A program made the position numbers and the translations under genes. From positions 128,001 through 178,514 of IMG/VR virus record IMGVR_UViG_3300037088_000797: a stretch of 50,514 nucleotides of DNA, one strand, 5' to 3'. The stretch comes from a virus. Its lineage: Duplodnaviria; Heunggongvirae; Uroviricota; Caudoviricetes. This document shows, in pieces, positions 16,430-26,868 of this stretch (positions within the stretch are counted from its first letter, which is position 1; each line of letters begins with the position of its first letter). The notes below the pieces were generated by a model. It was given only the letters and a program-made list of their open reading frames with translations, did not search any database and was not told the DNA's origin.

Positions 16430-17866
16430 TTATGGTTTTAAGAAACCATTAGATACAACTGTGAATGAAAGGGTTTGTTTGTTTTCATAATAGTTACCAT
16501 TTTTCATTCTGATCTGAAGGTAATAGTCCTGCGGAATCAACCATGACGTATCGAGATTAAACTCATATCCTGCATTTGTTCTATTCACTGGTGTAAATGG
16601 TATAATATTGATTTCATATTTTTTTCCTACTGTTGTGAATAACCTGTATTCAATGTCCAAAGGTAAGAAATTATTTTGATTTGCATAGAGTTCTCTGATA
16701 GTTAATTTAATTTTTTTTGTAACACCCGCAGTAACGTTTTCTTTTTCACCAATTCCCCAGAAATAAAAGAAATAATTTTGAAAATTAATCTGGTTTGATT
16801 GATCAAAGGTATAATATTTATCTTGAGATATCAAGTAAAATTCAGCATCATACGTAAAATTCTTACCGTTAATAGTTACATCCCATACGTCCCTAAATAA
16901 AACAGCATCTGGATATGTCTGAGAATCAACATTTAAAGTGATTTTATAAATGCCTTTACTTACATTAATAATTGAATTACCACTAAGAGTAGCCACTAAA
17001 TTATCTTGATAGTCAAATATGTCAACTTTATTTACTGTTATATTTTGTTGGAAACCACCTACATTAACATATAAATATAAATCATTATCTTTATCGAGAT
17101 AGAAATAATTTCTATCATCAGTAATAGTATCATCAATTATTGTTTCGATGAATGGTTCATAAAATGTATTTGTATGCTTTGCAAAAAATGCAACTGCTTG
17201 TCTGAATTCAGTTTCAAGTGTTTCATAACTATCTGGAAACTTAATACCAATACCAAAAGAATCACCAGAATATGCCGTTGTGCCAGTATAGCCAGTACCG
17301 AATATTCTTTGATTTATATAATCAGTAACATCAATTTCAATATTTTCATCACCCTTTTCAAATGATTGTGTGCCTAATATCTGGGTCACACCGCTAATAT
17401 AAGCACCTTGTTTTGTCCAGCCACTGGTTGTTGTTCTGGCTGACCAGTTAACTGCCTGTGGAAACAAAACGGGATTTATAACGTCAACATAAATAAAATT
17501 AGGGTCATTATATTCAAACACATAACCGCTACCTTCATCCCAGCTTTCATTAACATTAAATAATTCAAGATTAAAAGCACTTGCTCTGTCGATATTAAGA
17601 CTATATGATTTCTTTCCTATATATTCTGGTGCATATCTAATACTATTAGTCATATGCAATATATGTTTTTTTATTCTCTCTGGATTTATCGACCCGTCAG
17701 CAATCTTAGCACGTATATCATCAAAGTCAATGTCAAAAATAAATCTACTTACCTGTTTATTGAAAGTACCATAAGATATTTCAGTAACAGGGTTTTGTGA
17801 ATTATTGGTTAGGTTGTGACCTATCAATGTATCATTCTTTGAAAAATATGATCTGAAAGTTGACAT
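16430..17866 (-). CDS. Putative virion structural protein
   Basis: 478 aa, beta-rich composition, WDEGSGY motif, preceded by the GTATTTAT putative late motif. Confidence 0.5.
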   Translation of the reverse strand: MSTFRSYFSKNDTLIGHNLTNNSQNPVTEISYGTFNKQVSRFIFDIDFDDIRAKIADGSINPERIKKHILHMTNSIRYAPEYIGKKSYSLNIDRASAFNLELFNVNESWDEGSGYVFEYNDPNFIYVDVINPVLFPQAVNWSARTTTSGWTKQGAYISGVTQILGTQSFEKGDENIEIDVTDYINQRIFGTGYTGTTAYSGDSFGIGIKFPDSYETLETEFRQAVAFFAKHTNTFYEPFIETIIDDTITDDRNYFYLDKDNDLYLYVNVGGFQQNITVNKVDIFDYQDNLVATLSGNSIINVSKGIYKITLNVDSQTYPDAVLFRDVWDVTINGKNFTYDAEFYLISQDKYYTFDQSNQINFQNYFFYFWGIGEKENVTAGVTKKIKLTIRELYANQNNFLPLDIEYRLFTTVGKKYEINIIPFTPVNRTNAGYEFNLDTSWLIPQDYYLQIRMKNGNYYENKQTLSFTVVSNGFLKP

Positions 17867-17897
17867 TCTCTTTTTCTATATAAATACCTCACAAACA

Positions 17898-17924
17898 AAA
17901 AAGACTACACTTGGTAGTCTTTTT
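17898..17924. terminator. Bidirectional intrinsic terminator
   Basis: AAAAAGACTAC-ACTTG-GTAGTCTTTTT. Confidence 0.7.
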
Positions 17925-17945
17925 ATTATTGTTATTTGCCATTTA

Positions 17946-19703
17946 TTATTGAATTGGCTTAATGTTGTTTTTAATTAAAATCTGTACGGCTTCTTTTTTT
18001 GTCATTCCACCCATAACTCCAGCCATTGCATCAGGCATTCTTAATGTCTTCTTTGCAATTTGAATCTGATGCCATGTTGGTGGGTCATTTCTTTTTATGT
18101 CGTCTTCTCTTGATTCACCAAGTTCATCTTCTTTTTTCTCTGGTTCTAATTCTCCTACTGCATGAATTTCTTTAGAATTGTTAGTTTCATCACCTTCAGG
18201 TTCAACTGTTCTTGGTTTTCTGCTTGTATCTGGTACTTCATCACCTACATTATGAGGTTTGAATCCAAGTAAAACATCTTCCATGTCTTTGTCATTACCT
18301 TCACCACCAGTAGCATCTGCGCTTGCATTTGCCTGTGCTGAATCATCAGGGGTATCTTTGCTTGTATAATACTCTGGGTCTTCTGTAAGATGGTCAATAG
18401 TGATTTCTAAGGCATACATCGGGTCATCAGTGTGCTCCATTTCAACTCTCATACCCATTAATATTTGTTCAGGGTCAAATTCAAGTGCTGATTTTCCTTC
18501 ACCTTTGCCACCGGGTATCATTTCGCCAGCTTCTTCTTTATCTTTTGCAATCTGATCAATTTCATCACTTTCTGGTTCATGTCCCATTCCCATACCATCC
18601 ATTTCTTTCCAACCTTTTGGATATAGTTCAGGATTATCTTTTTCAACCTGATTAGTATCATCACCTACTTCAACATCGTTTTCAGTACCCATTTCAGTTT
18701 CTGGATTAACATCGTTTTCGCTACCTTCAAGTCCTTGACGTTCTGCGTCCATAAATTCAGTATCGGTAACATTATCATCACCTGTCATTGGTTCTTGAGA
18801 TTTTTCGTTCATATGAAAATCACTACCAACAGCAACTTTTTCATTATCACCATAAGCACCGCTAATATCACGTTTAGCTATTTTTGCTGCTGCTCCTGCT
18901 CTTTTGTCGATTGGCATTTCCAAATCTGGTATTTCTTCATAATCATCCTCACCTTCCATATTCTCAGTTAACTTAATTGTTGTTTGTGGTTTTTTCTTTT
19001 TATGTGGCATCTGATTTTTTGGTTTGAATTTCTTACCTAACTGATCGGGATAAAAACCAACTTCCTTTTTACCCTTTTCTTCCTCTTCTTTAACAAACTT
19101 ATCCAATTCAGGTGCTTTAACTCTTATTGCAGGGTTGATTGGTTTTTCATCAGCATATGCCTTACCTGTCTGCATTTTATCAAAACTATCTTTGCCAAAT
19201 GGAACTGAATCTATTTTTCTGATTGCATCTTCATAAAGACTATCAATTGGTTCTTCATCTTCGACAGTGACATATTGTTGAATTGCATCGAATAATTCTT
19301 TTCCGTATTGTGCATTAAATCTTCTTAATCCGCTTTCATCTAATTCAACCACTTCTTCATTTGGTGAATCAAATGTAAAATTTGTCAACATAACACCATT
19401 AACATTATATACACCGTCTTGATCACCAGCACTTGATTGTACTTTAAATGTAAATGTTATATCATTTCCTTGTTTATCTTTGCAAACTAATTCAACATAA
19501 CTTTGTTCTCCACTTCCTTGTGAATTACTCTGTTCTATCTTAAGTTCACCGCTTTTAAGTTGTTCGAATGCCATATTAAGTACATTCTCTGGATTTAGAC
19601 TTGCTGCATCACTCATAAATGCTTCGTTTAGTCTAACCTTAGTTACTCCCTGAAATATTTCAGCGAATCTTTCTTTACTACCAATTGGTTTATAAATTTT
19701 CAT
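17946..19703 (-). CDS. Acidic putative head/internal protein with DUF5661-like domain
   Basis: FDPEQILMGMRVEMEHTDDP..A.EI..DHL.EDPEYY motif, very D/E-rich. Confidence 0.6.
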   Translation of the reverse strand: MKIYKPIGSKERFAEIFQGVTKVRLNEAFMSDAASLNPENVLNMAFEQLKSGELKIEQSNSQGSGEQSYVELVCKDKQGNDITFTFKVQSSAGDQDGVYNVNGVMLTNFTFDSPNEEVVELDESGLRRFNAQYGKELFDAIQQYVTVEDEEPIDSLYEDAIRKIDSVPFGKDSFDKMQTGKAYADEKPINPAIRVKAPELDKFVKEEEEKGKKEVGFYPDQLGKKFKPKNQMPHKKKKPQTTIKLTENMEGEDDYEEIPDLEMPIDKRAGAAAKIAKRDISGAYGDNEKVAVGSDFHMNEKSQEPMTGDDNVTDTEFMDAERQGLEGSENDVNPETEMGTENDVEVGDDTNQVEKDNPELYPKGWKEMDGMGMGHEPESDEIDQIAKDKEEAGEMIPGGKGEGKSALEFDPEQILMGMRVEMEHTDDPMYALEITIDHLTEDPEYYTSKDTPDDSAQANASADATGGEGNDKDMEDVLLGFKPHNVGDEVPDTSRKPRTVEPEGDETNNSKEIHAVGELEPEKKEDELGESREDDIKRNDPPTWHQIQIAKKTLRMPDAMAGVMGGMTKKEAVQILIKNNIKPIQ

Positions 19704-19715
19704 TGTTTTATATTA

Positions 19716-20162
19716 TTATTCAAAAATTATTGGATTTCTTTGACCGAATTCTCTCATATATACTCCAGCAAGGGCATTTGCTTCATTCTCCATGTCGCTG
19801 CCAGTATCACTTGAGTTATTACCTAAAAGTCCTTTTAAACGTTGCATATGATGTATTAACTCATGTGCTAATGTTCTTAACACGTCAGCTAAGTTACGAT
19901 TTGATGCAACTACTCTTAATTCATTTGTTTCTGGAGTGTACTTACCAAAAGAATGCATACCTGCAGCTTCTTTTTCGTCATACGATATTACTATCTCTGG
20001 CATCTTATCTCCAAATTCAAGTTTTTCTTTCATAAACTCAATGAACTGTTTAATAACCTCATTTTTCTTCTCTATTGGAAGAATCTGTTCGTTAAGATTA
20101 TTAACTCTCTTCATCATTTCAAAGAGTCGTTCTGGAGTACCGTATGAATTAAAAAATTTCAT
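19716..20162 (-). CDS. Zincin-like metallopeptidase-domain protein
   Basis: LRTLAHELIHHMQ (HExxH) and E..ANA.AG. Confidence 0.7.
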   Translation of the reverse strand: MKFFNSYGTPERLFEMMKRVNNLNEQILPIEKKNEVIKQFIEFMKEKLEFGDKMPEIVISYDEKEAAGMHSFGKYTPETNELRVVASNRNLADVLRTLAHELIHHMQRLKGLLGNNSSDTGSDMENEANALAGVYMREFGQRNPIIFE

Positions 20163-20164
20163 TA

Positions 20165-20647
20165 TTAACTTTCTGGCTCTCTACCTCTTAAATATGGTGT
20201 TTCAGAATCATTATTTCTTTGTTGAACTGGTGTTTCTTTATTCCAAATTTCAGCAGCTTTTGTTTTAAACGTATTAAAATCAAAATATTTTTTATCTTCA
20301 ATTATCGGAAATTGACTATTAAGGTTTGAAAACATACCATTAATATTAATTAAACCAAAATTCTCAAGGTGTTGTAATTCTTCTGGACTTAACATACCAT
20401 CAGAATCAGTAAAATTATTAACAGTAGCTGCCATATCTTTTTCCGTACTTCTACTACCTACTTTAATTATTCTTGTGTTTACAAGTAATTCATCATGTAA
20501 AACTTTCCAATCAATAGCATTAAAATCACCAATGCCCTTCGGTTGTTTTGATGCTTTACCATAATCATCATCATACCATTCTTTGAGATTGACGTTATTT
20601 ACCTTTTCAAATCTTTCGAACAATATTCTTTTATTATTCTTTTCCAT
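20165..20647 (-). CDS. Hypothetical (putative head-packaged) protein
   Basis: 160 aa ORF with N-terminal LFERFEKVNNVNLKE leader. Confidence 0.55.
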   Translation of the reverse strand: MEKNNKRILFERFEKVNNVNLKEWYDDDYGKASKQPKGIGDFNAIDWKVLHDELLVNTRIIKVGSRSTEKDMAATVNNFTDSDGMLSPEELQHLENFGLININGMFSNLNSQFPIIEDKKYFDFNTFKTKAAEIWNKETPVQQRNNDSETPYLRGREPES

Positions 20648-20648
20648 G

Positions 20649-21452
20649 TTAATTTATCTCATTAAAACTATTTTGTACGTCAATTTTAGATTTTTGTGGC
20701 AGATCGTCAAAATCGGCAACGAATGAACCATCTGGCAATTCATTAATACCTCTTTCATGTTGTTTTTCTCTTTCATCTGTAAACCAATTACCTTTCCAAA
20801 AATCATTCAAGTTAAAATAAAAGGGATAACTTACGTTTTTCTTGCTCATAAGTTTCTCTGTATTACTTGGTTCACGAACTTCTTCAACGTCTGCTTTCAT
20901 TGCTTTTGATTCGGCATTCAATGCTTCAACGGTTGCGTTAAGACTTGCCAATTGATCATGAATGCTTTTCATTGCTTCGATATTACTTTTAATAATATCA
21001 TTTTGAAGATGATCTACTTCTTGTGCTGGGTCAGGAGCACCTATACCCATTTCATCACCCATTGGGTTTACTGGCATACCACCTTCTGGTGGAAGTTGCT
21101 CATTACCGCCTGTTTTATCAAATGCAGGTACTGGAGCATCGACTGGTGCACCTGCTTGTGGCACATCCGTATTTTGTGGTTGATCATTCGAAGGCGCAGG
21201 AGGTTCTTGTCCTTCTGGCTTTGGCGCATCTTCTTGATCTCCAGCTTCTCTCATACTTAATCCCTGACCCGTAGGCATTGGCTGACCATCCTGTGTCATA
21301 TAATTATTATCAGGAACTTTGTCAAATTCCTCATTGTCACCAACTAACGGACGATATTTTGGGGATTCGTTGATCTTATAACCAAAACGATATTTAATCT
21401 TCCTAAGATGCTCTTCTGAAAGATTATTTTTTTTGTCATTTTCCATTGTCAA
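20649..21452 (-). CDS. Hypothetical Pro/acidic coiled-coil protein (scaffold-like)
   Basis: 267 aa, low-complexity middle, coiled coil, SYPF motif. Confidence 0.55.
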   Translation of the reverse strand: MTMENDKKNNLSEEHLRKIKYRFGYKINESPKYRPLVGDNEEFDKVPDNNYMTQDGQPMPTGQGLSMREAGDQEDAPKPEGQEPPAPSNDQPQNTDVPQAGAPVDAPVPAFDKTGGNEQLPPEGGMPVNPMGDEMGIGAPDPAQEVDHLQNDIIKSNIEAMKSIHDQLASLNATVEALNAESKAMKADVEEVREPSNTEKLMSKKNVSYPFYFNLNDFWKGNWFTDEREKQHERGINELPDGSFVADFDDLPQKSKIDVQNSFNEIN

Positions 21453-21459
21453 ATGAATA

Positions 21460-21648
21460 TTAATATACTTCTCTTAATAATTGTTTACCGTCTTTAGTAA
21501 CAAAAATTTTGTCAACACGTTCAATCAAGCCTTCACGTTCATCAAGAATGACCTTCTTAGCATTAACATTATCTTCTGAAGGGTTTACTTCCTCTGTCTG
21601 AGGAACAGTAACAAAGTTATCAAGTGCTTTTTCTACTTTATTTTCCAT
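21460..21648 (-). CDS. Small hypothetical protein
   Basis: 62 aa ORF, preceded by the GTATTTATA motif. Confidence 0.6.
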   Translation of the reverse strand: MENKVEKALDNFVTVPQTEEVNPSEDNVNAKKVILDEREGLIERVDKIFVTKDGKQLLREVY

Positions 21649-21686
21649 AGTACTTATAATTATTTACTATAAATACTATGTTGTAT

Positions 21687-22325
21687 TCAATTTGACAAAA
21701 TAACTATTAGATATCTTTTAAGGTAGGTAAAATTAGGAAGTATTTTGTAATGTGAGAGATAAATATCACCTTGTAGGTCTTGATATGCTACTTTTTTTAT
21801 TCGTACAGAAATTCTATCAAGTATTTCCTGAATATTAAACTTAAAAAAGTCATACATTTTTAAATTTAATCCAATAATATTTTTTTCGTGAAGAAGATAT
21901 ACCATTTCATTTTTCAAATTATATATAGTATCGATTTCTTTTGGTAATGCATCCATTAGGTCATCAATGGTAACAATTTGAAAAAATACAGGGTCTAAGT
22001 TAATATATGTATACTTTGGCTGGAAATAAAACTGTGGAACTAATTTTATAAATGATTCAATGCCTTTAACATGCGATGTTTTGCTTTCTTCAAAACTACA
22101 CTCCCAATATAATTCATTGCCAATTATTTTCTTATGAAGAATGTTAGCATTCTGTACAATCTCATTGTTGGGATTACATGCTTTCATGAAAGACCAACCA
22201 ACATATAATGTCGGTAAAGTCTTATCAACTGTGTCATATTCAGTCGGTGCATTAATGTAGTTAACGTAATCAACCTGAGTGTGATTTACTAATTCTTTTT
22301 CATAAATAATGTTAGCAAGTTTCAT
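21687..22325 (-). CDS. Hypothetical protein
   Basis: 212 aa ORF overlapping the end of hldD. Confidence 0.6.
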   Translation of the reverse strand: MKLANIIYEKELVNHTQVDYVNYINAPTEYDTVDKTLPTLYVGWSFMKACNPNNEIVQNANILHKKIIGNELYWECSFEESKTSHVKGIESFIKLVPQFYFQPKYTYINLDPVFFQIVTIDDLMDALPKEIDTIYNLKNEMVYLLHEKNIIGLNLKMYDFFKFNIQEILDRISVRIKKVAYQDLQGDIYLSHYKILPNFTYLKRYLIVILSN

Positions 22326-23223
22326 TTTTCAGTTTATTTATATATTTCTGAATACCATCTTCTAATTCATGAAACATTGCAGTATATCCTGCAGTATATC
22401 TTAATTTATTTGTCTTTGCTTCAGTAAAATACTGATACTTATTTCTGATTTTAATTGGGGTGTCAATATACGTAATATTTTCTCTTTCTCCAAGACTTTT
22501 AAAAACTGCTTTACCAAGGTCATCAAATGTACGTGCTTTTCCCGTACCAACATTATATAGTCCGTTAAGTGGTTTCTCGATAGCCATGAATATGCATACG
22601 TCCACCACATCATCAACATAAATAAAATCTCTTAATTGTTCACCGTCTTTATAATCTGGACGATGTGACTTAAATAATTTAAGTCTTCGTGTTTCTTTTA
22701 TCTGATTAAAAGCATGAAAAGCAACTGAAGCCATTTTGCCTTTATGTGCTTCTCCGTAACCATAAACGTTAAAAAATTTTAATCCGTACCAATATTTGGG
22801 TTGATGTTCTTGTACTTCTGCCCATACATCGAATTGTTGTTTTGACCAACCATAAGGATTAAGTGGCTGTAATTTAATTATATCTTTTTCGTCATCAAAT
22901 CCTTGTTCGCCATCACCATATGTTGCTGCAGAACTTGCATAAACCAACGGTATGTTGAATCCGAAACATAAATTCCAAATAAATATAGTTGAATTAACAT
23001 TATATTCATCAAATTTATTTCTGTCCATTTCCATTGTATCAGTAATTGCACCTAAATGATAGATACAGTCAATTTCATGTGCATGTACTAATAACCAATT
23101 ATAAATTGAATCCAAAGATTCTGTTTTAGTATCGAGACTAACAACACCAATATTACCCCTTCTTTGCAATTCTGCAATAAGATTTTTACCAATAAATCCT
23201 TCACCACCAGTTACTACTATCAT
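22312..23223 (-). CDS. hldD: ADP-L-glycero-D-manno-heptose 6-epimerase
   Basis: MIVVTGGEGFIG, YASSAATYG, PLNPYGWSK, FFNVYG..E.HKGKMASV, GEQLRDFIYV, YQYFTEA. Confidence 0.9.
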   Translation of the reverse strand: MIVVTGGEGFIGKNLIAELQRRGNIGVVSLDTKTESLDSIYNWLLVHAHEIDCIYHLGAITDTMEMDRNKFDEYNVNSTIFIWNLCFGFNIPLVYASSAATYGDGEQGFDDEKDIIKLQPLNPYGWSKQQFDVWAEVQEHQPKYWYGLKFFNVYGYGEAHKGKMASVAFHAFNQIKETRRLKLFKSHRPDYKDGEQLRDFIYVDDVVDVCIFMAIEKPLNGLYNVGTGKARTFDDLGKAVFKSLGERENITYIDTPIKIRNKYQYFTEAKTNKLRYTAGYTAMFHELEDGIQKYINKLKNETC

Positions 23224-23765
23224 AGCATTAATTTTTTTATATTACTTACTGCAAAGTTATTCATATTTATTGAGACACTATCACTCTCATCTTTAAACTT
23301 TTCCCATATTTTTTCAAATACTTCAAGTTTTGCTTCTTTTTTAATCTTTTCAATTACATTTGTTGATGATCTGCTGTCTACTTCGTAATACACTACTCCG
23401 TATCTTGAATTTTCGTGACCGATTACCTCTCTGTTCTTATATTGATCGCCAACAATCATATAATCAATATTCAATTCTTTAACCAAGTTTCTTAATTCAT
23501 CATCCGTGTTGAATATAAATACTTTATCAACCATTCTTAAATTGCGCATTATTGTTATCCTTGTGTTAATGTCGTTTATTGGTCGCTTATCTCCCTTCAA
23601 TTGCTTAACTCTTTCATCACTGTCAAGTCCAACAAATAACGTATTGTGACAAATAACGGGTGATGAAAACAACAACAATTCTGAATTATAAAACTTTGCA
23701 TAAGTTAATAATTCAATGTGTCCTGTATGTAAGATGTCAAAACATCCGTTTGTCCAAATATTCAT
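23220..23765 (-). CDS. Heptose-1-phosphate adenylyltransferase-like (RfaE domain II / HldC)
   Basis: WTNGCFDILHTGH, VGLDSD..V..LKG..RPIN, SST. Confidence 0.85.
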   Translation of the reverse strand: MNIWTNGCFDILHTGHIELLTYAKFYNSELLLFSSPVICHNTLFVGLDSDERVKQLKGDKRPINDINTRITIMRNLRMVDKVFIFNTDDELRNLVKELNIDYMIVGDQYKNREVIGHENSRYGVVYYEVDSRSSTNVIEKIKKEAKLEVFEKIWEKFKDESDSVSINMNNFAVSNIKKLML

Positions 23766-24049
23766 ATTTCCTCAATTCTTTTACTTTTGTCATCAATTAA
23801 TAAATCCCACGCTGGCTTTTGTCTCATAACAACATCATGATATTTACAACCCCAATCTGTAAGTTGCATTGCGGTTAATTCAGTCCAGTTTCTACCAGTA
23901 TTTTGTCCTCTGGCAGACCAGTAAATGATTATATTCCCTTCATCATAAAGTTTATTGATCTTAGCAATAGCTTCATAATCTGGTTTTGAATTGTCGTAAC
24001 CACCTTCTGTATGGCAAATCGTGCCATCTATATCTACATAAATTAACAT
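23762..24049 (-). CDS. Small HAD phosphatase (BcbF/EcbF-like)
   Basis: VDIDGTIC, WSARG, KP..DLLIDDK. Confidence 0.8.
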   Translation of the reverse strand: MLIYVDIDGTICHTEGGYDNSKPDYEAIAKINKLYDEGNIIIYWSARGQNTGRNWTELTAMQLTDWGCKYHDVVMRQKPAWDLLIDDKSKRIEEI

Positions 24050-24425
24050 TATTTCTGACTATCTCCTTTTTCAATTCTATAACTATCATCATCATTATGT
24101 GGTGTACTTGCTTCAAATATTTCGCCCTCTACAAGTGCTGTAAGTTGATGTGGTGTATTTTTTTCAACATGAACAATATCGCCCTCTACAAGATTTACAT
24201 GCTGTCTTGCAGCAATTCTTGTGTCAATTGTTATTAATTCAAACATGCCTTTATTAACATACCAAGTTTCAGTTTTTTTGAATGAAAATGCATACTGAAT
24301 TTTCCACCTTTTCTGAAACACAATAATTTTCCGCAATAATCTTCTCCATTATGAATGATAATTTCTTCACCCCATGCTTTTGGCACGTGTATTTTTTTAT
24401 TGCTTACATGAGTAACGTCTATCAT
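24049..24425 (-). pseudogene. Cupin (sugar isomerase-like) gene split by a single-base frameshift in an A7 run
   Basis: 5' part MIDV...VPKAWGEE...YCGKLL...FSMHFHSKK continues in the -1 frame as KKTETWYV...PHQL...EASTPH...DSYRIEKGD. An A8 run at 24273-24279 would restore one ORF. Confidence 0.75.
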
Positions 24426-24426
24426 A

Positions 24427-25209
24427 TTATTCAATTTTATATCTATCAACAATAGCCACACCTTTTTGTGTAACTGCCCATGCAGCACACTTATTGGCAA
24501 ATATTATTGCATCATCAATATTATTCTTTTCTAAATATCCTGCAACAAGTCCAGCAAGAAATGTATCTCCTGCGCCCGTGAGATCACGTACAGGGTGCTC
24601 ATTAACATTAGGATAATGCTCTATTTTACGTTCATCATTATCAACATAATACCTTGCTGCACCATCAGCACCTAATGTTACTATTGTATCGTTTGGATGC
24701 TGAAGCATTAAATAATCCATATTCAGATTAAATTCCTTTTTATTAATCTTAATGTACTTAATATCCTTCGCCCATGAACCAATTTTTTTCTTGGTGTCCA
24801 TAAAGGTCAACGGACTATTAACTGCAATATGTATTATCATTTCTTCAGTTAAATATCCTTTACCATAATCGCTGATAACAACTGCTTGATAACTACTGTA
24901 ATCAACTGCCATTAATTTATCATACATGTTTGGTGAAAGAAAAATCATATCATTTTCATCAATTCTTAATAACATTTGATTACTGACTTCATCAATATAT
25001 CTTGTTTTTGAAATACCACTATATGTAAGAATGTCACATTCAACGCCTAATCCAACAAGATTATTGTAAACATTTACTGCCATACCACCATTATCTTTAC
25101 TGTTTGTTGGTTTAAATACTGGAACTGGTGCTTCGGGACTTAACCTTTCGCACTTTCCATATTGAAACACGTCTTTACAACCGTCACCAATTACTAATAC
25201 TTTTTTCAT
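24427..25209 (-). CDS. PfkB-family heptose-7-phosphate kinase (RfaE domain I / HldA)
   Basis: MKKVLVIGD, RLSPEAPVPV, GGMA.NV, SDYGKG, DLTGAGDTF. Likely start 25207-25209. Confidence 0.85.
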   Translation of the reverse strand: MKKVLVIGDGCKDVFQYGKCERLSPEAPVPVFKPTNSKDNGGMAVNVYNNLVGLGVECDILTYSGISKTRYIDEVSNQMLLRIDENDMIFLSPNMYDKLMAVDYSSYQAVVISDYGKGYLTEEMIIHIAVNSPLTFMDTKKKIGSWAKDIKYIKINKKEFNLNMDYLMLQHPNDTIVTLGADGAARYYVDNDERKIEHYPNVNEHPVRDLTGAGDTFLAGLVAGYLEKNNIDDAIIFANKCAAWAVTQKGVAIVDRYKIE

Positions 25210-25210
25210 T

Positions 25211-25864
25211 TTAATTCTTTTTATGCACAAAATAATGTAATATGTTTGAAAAGCTATTAATCTGTTCATAACCTAACTCTTTCATGTACGGTGAAATTAT
25301 TTTAAGGTCTGAAGCAGTATTTGCATTACACTCTAACATAATTTCTGGAAAATCTCTTTTAATTAAATTATCTGCACCTTTTAATACTTTTAATTCATGT
25401 CCTTCAACATCTATTTTTATAAAATCAATCTTGGGTAATTCATAATCATCAATTTTACTGGTAATTAATTCGCCACTTCCTTCAATAACTTTACTTCCAC
25501 CCATATTTTCACTAACATCTTGACTTTTAAAATTATAATGACCATCAGATAATGCGGTATGATATATCATCAATTTATCGTCACCAAGATCATTAATTTT
25601 TTTGTTTTCTTCTAATAATGCGAAATTCTTTTGATTTGCTTCAAATGCATATACCTTATCAAATATAAATTTTGAAAAATATACTGCGTGATTACCAATA
25701 TTTGCACCAATATCTAATACTGTGCCACCACTAAATCTGGTTTTAATATACTCTAATACAAACTGTTCGTAAAAGTTCTTTCCTTTAAGTATACTACTAA
25801 TATAATCGCTTGAATATATTGAAAACTTAACAATTTTATCATTATATTTAAATTCCGTTATCAT
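25211..25864 (-). CDS. FkbM-family methyltransferase
   Basis: LDIGANIGNH, YAFEAN, IKIDVEGHE. Confidence 0.9.
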   Translation of the reverse strand: MITEFKYNDKIVKFSIYSSDYISSILKGKNFYEQFVLEYIKTRFSGGTVLDIGANIGNHAVYFSKFIFDKVYAFEANQKNFALLEENKKINDLGDDKLMIYHTALSDGHYNFKSQDVSENMGGSKVIEGSGELITSKIDDYELPKIDFIKIDVEGHELKVLKGADNLIKRDFPEIMLECNANTASDLKIISPYMKELGYEQINSFSNILHYFVHKKN

Positions 25865-26868
25865 TTTAAGTTCTTTAATATCTTCATTATTTTTTCTGCA
25901 GCATGACCATCACCAAATGGACATTCTACATCTATTTCAGGGTCACAATGATGAAACTGAAATGTACTTACCAAATCATTTGGACTTTTTACCAAGAAGG
26001 TGCTCATTCCAATTGCTTCGGGACGCTCTGTAACAACTCTGCAAGTTAAACATTTTTTGTTGAAAAAGCAAGACTCTTCCTGAAGTCCGCCACTATCAGT
26101 AATTACAAGTTTACATTGAACCAACAATTCAAGCATTTTATCATATGGAAGTGGGTCAATAATCACCACATTTTTTAATAAATGTTTCCACATTTGCACG
26201 TTCGGATTTGGATGAAGTGGTAAAATAAATGCATACTCAGGATACATTGTTGCCAGTTTCTCCAGTTCTTCAAACCATCTGTTCATAATATAATGATTCT
26301 CACGTCTATGTAGTGTTACAAGTATTTTATTCGTATATTTACACTTGTCTTTATAAGATAATAAATTATCAATTACTGTGTTACCAACCACGTAAATATC
26401 GCCCTCAACACTTTCTTCATATTCCAAATTCTCTTTTGCATTTTCTGTCGGACATAAATGAATGTCAGCAATTTGTGAAATAATTCTTCTGTTTACTTCT
26501 TCGGGATATGGATTATTTTTATCGTATGTTCTTAGTCCTGCTTCCAGATGAATTACTTTTATGCCATGATGATATGCAGATAGTGCAACAGCCATAGCAG
26601 ATGTGGTATCACCTTGAACCAATACGTGTGTAATGTTCCATTCTTTTATTAATAATCCGAATCTATTCATACACGCAGCCACTATAGTGTCTAAACGATT
26701 TTCACCAATACCAATAATAATCTGTTTATCAAATTTAAATTCGGTACTTATAGTTTCATGTTGTCCAGTAAACAAAGTTTTATATGGAAAATTATTTAAA
26801 TCAAATTCATGAATTAATGATTTAAATTTTAAATATTCTGGTCGTGTGCCATATGCTAACAATATCAT
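25861..26868 (-). CDS. wecB: UDP-N-acetylglucosamine 2-epimerase (non-hydrolysing)
   Basis: GTRPE, TGQH, VQGDTTS, HLEAGLRT, PEEVNR, TLHRREN, TDSGGLQEE, TERPE. Confidence 0.92.
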   Translation of the reverse strand: MILLAYGTRPEYLKFKSLIHEFDLNNFPYKTLFTGQHETISTEFKFDKQIIIGIGENRLDTIVAACMNRFGLLIKEWNITHVLVQGDTTSAMAVALSAYHHGIKVIHLEAGLRTYDKNNPYPEEVNRRIISQIADIHLCPTENAKENLEYEESVEGDIYVVGNTVIDNLLSYKDKCKYTNKILVTLHRRENHYIMNRWFEELEKLATMYPEYAFILPLHPNPNVQMWKHLLKNVVIIDPLPYDKMLELLVQCKLVITDSGGLQEESCFFNKKCLTCRVVTERPEAIGMSTFLVKSPNDLVSTFQFHHCDPEIDVECPFGDGHAAEKIMKILKNLK

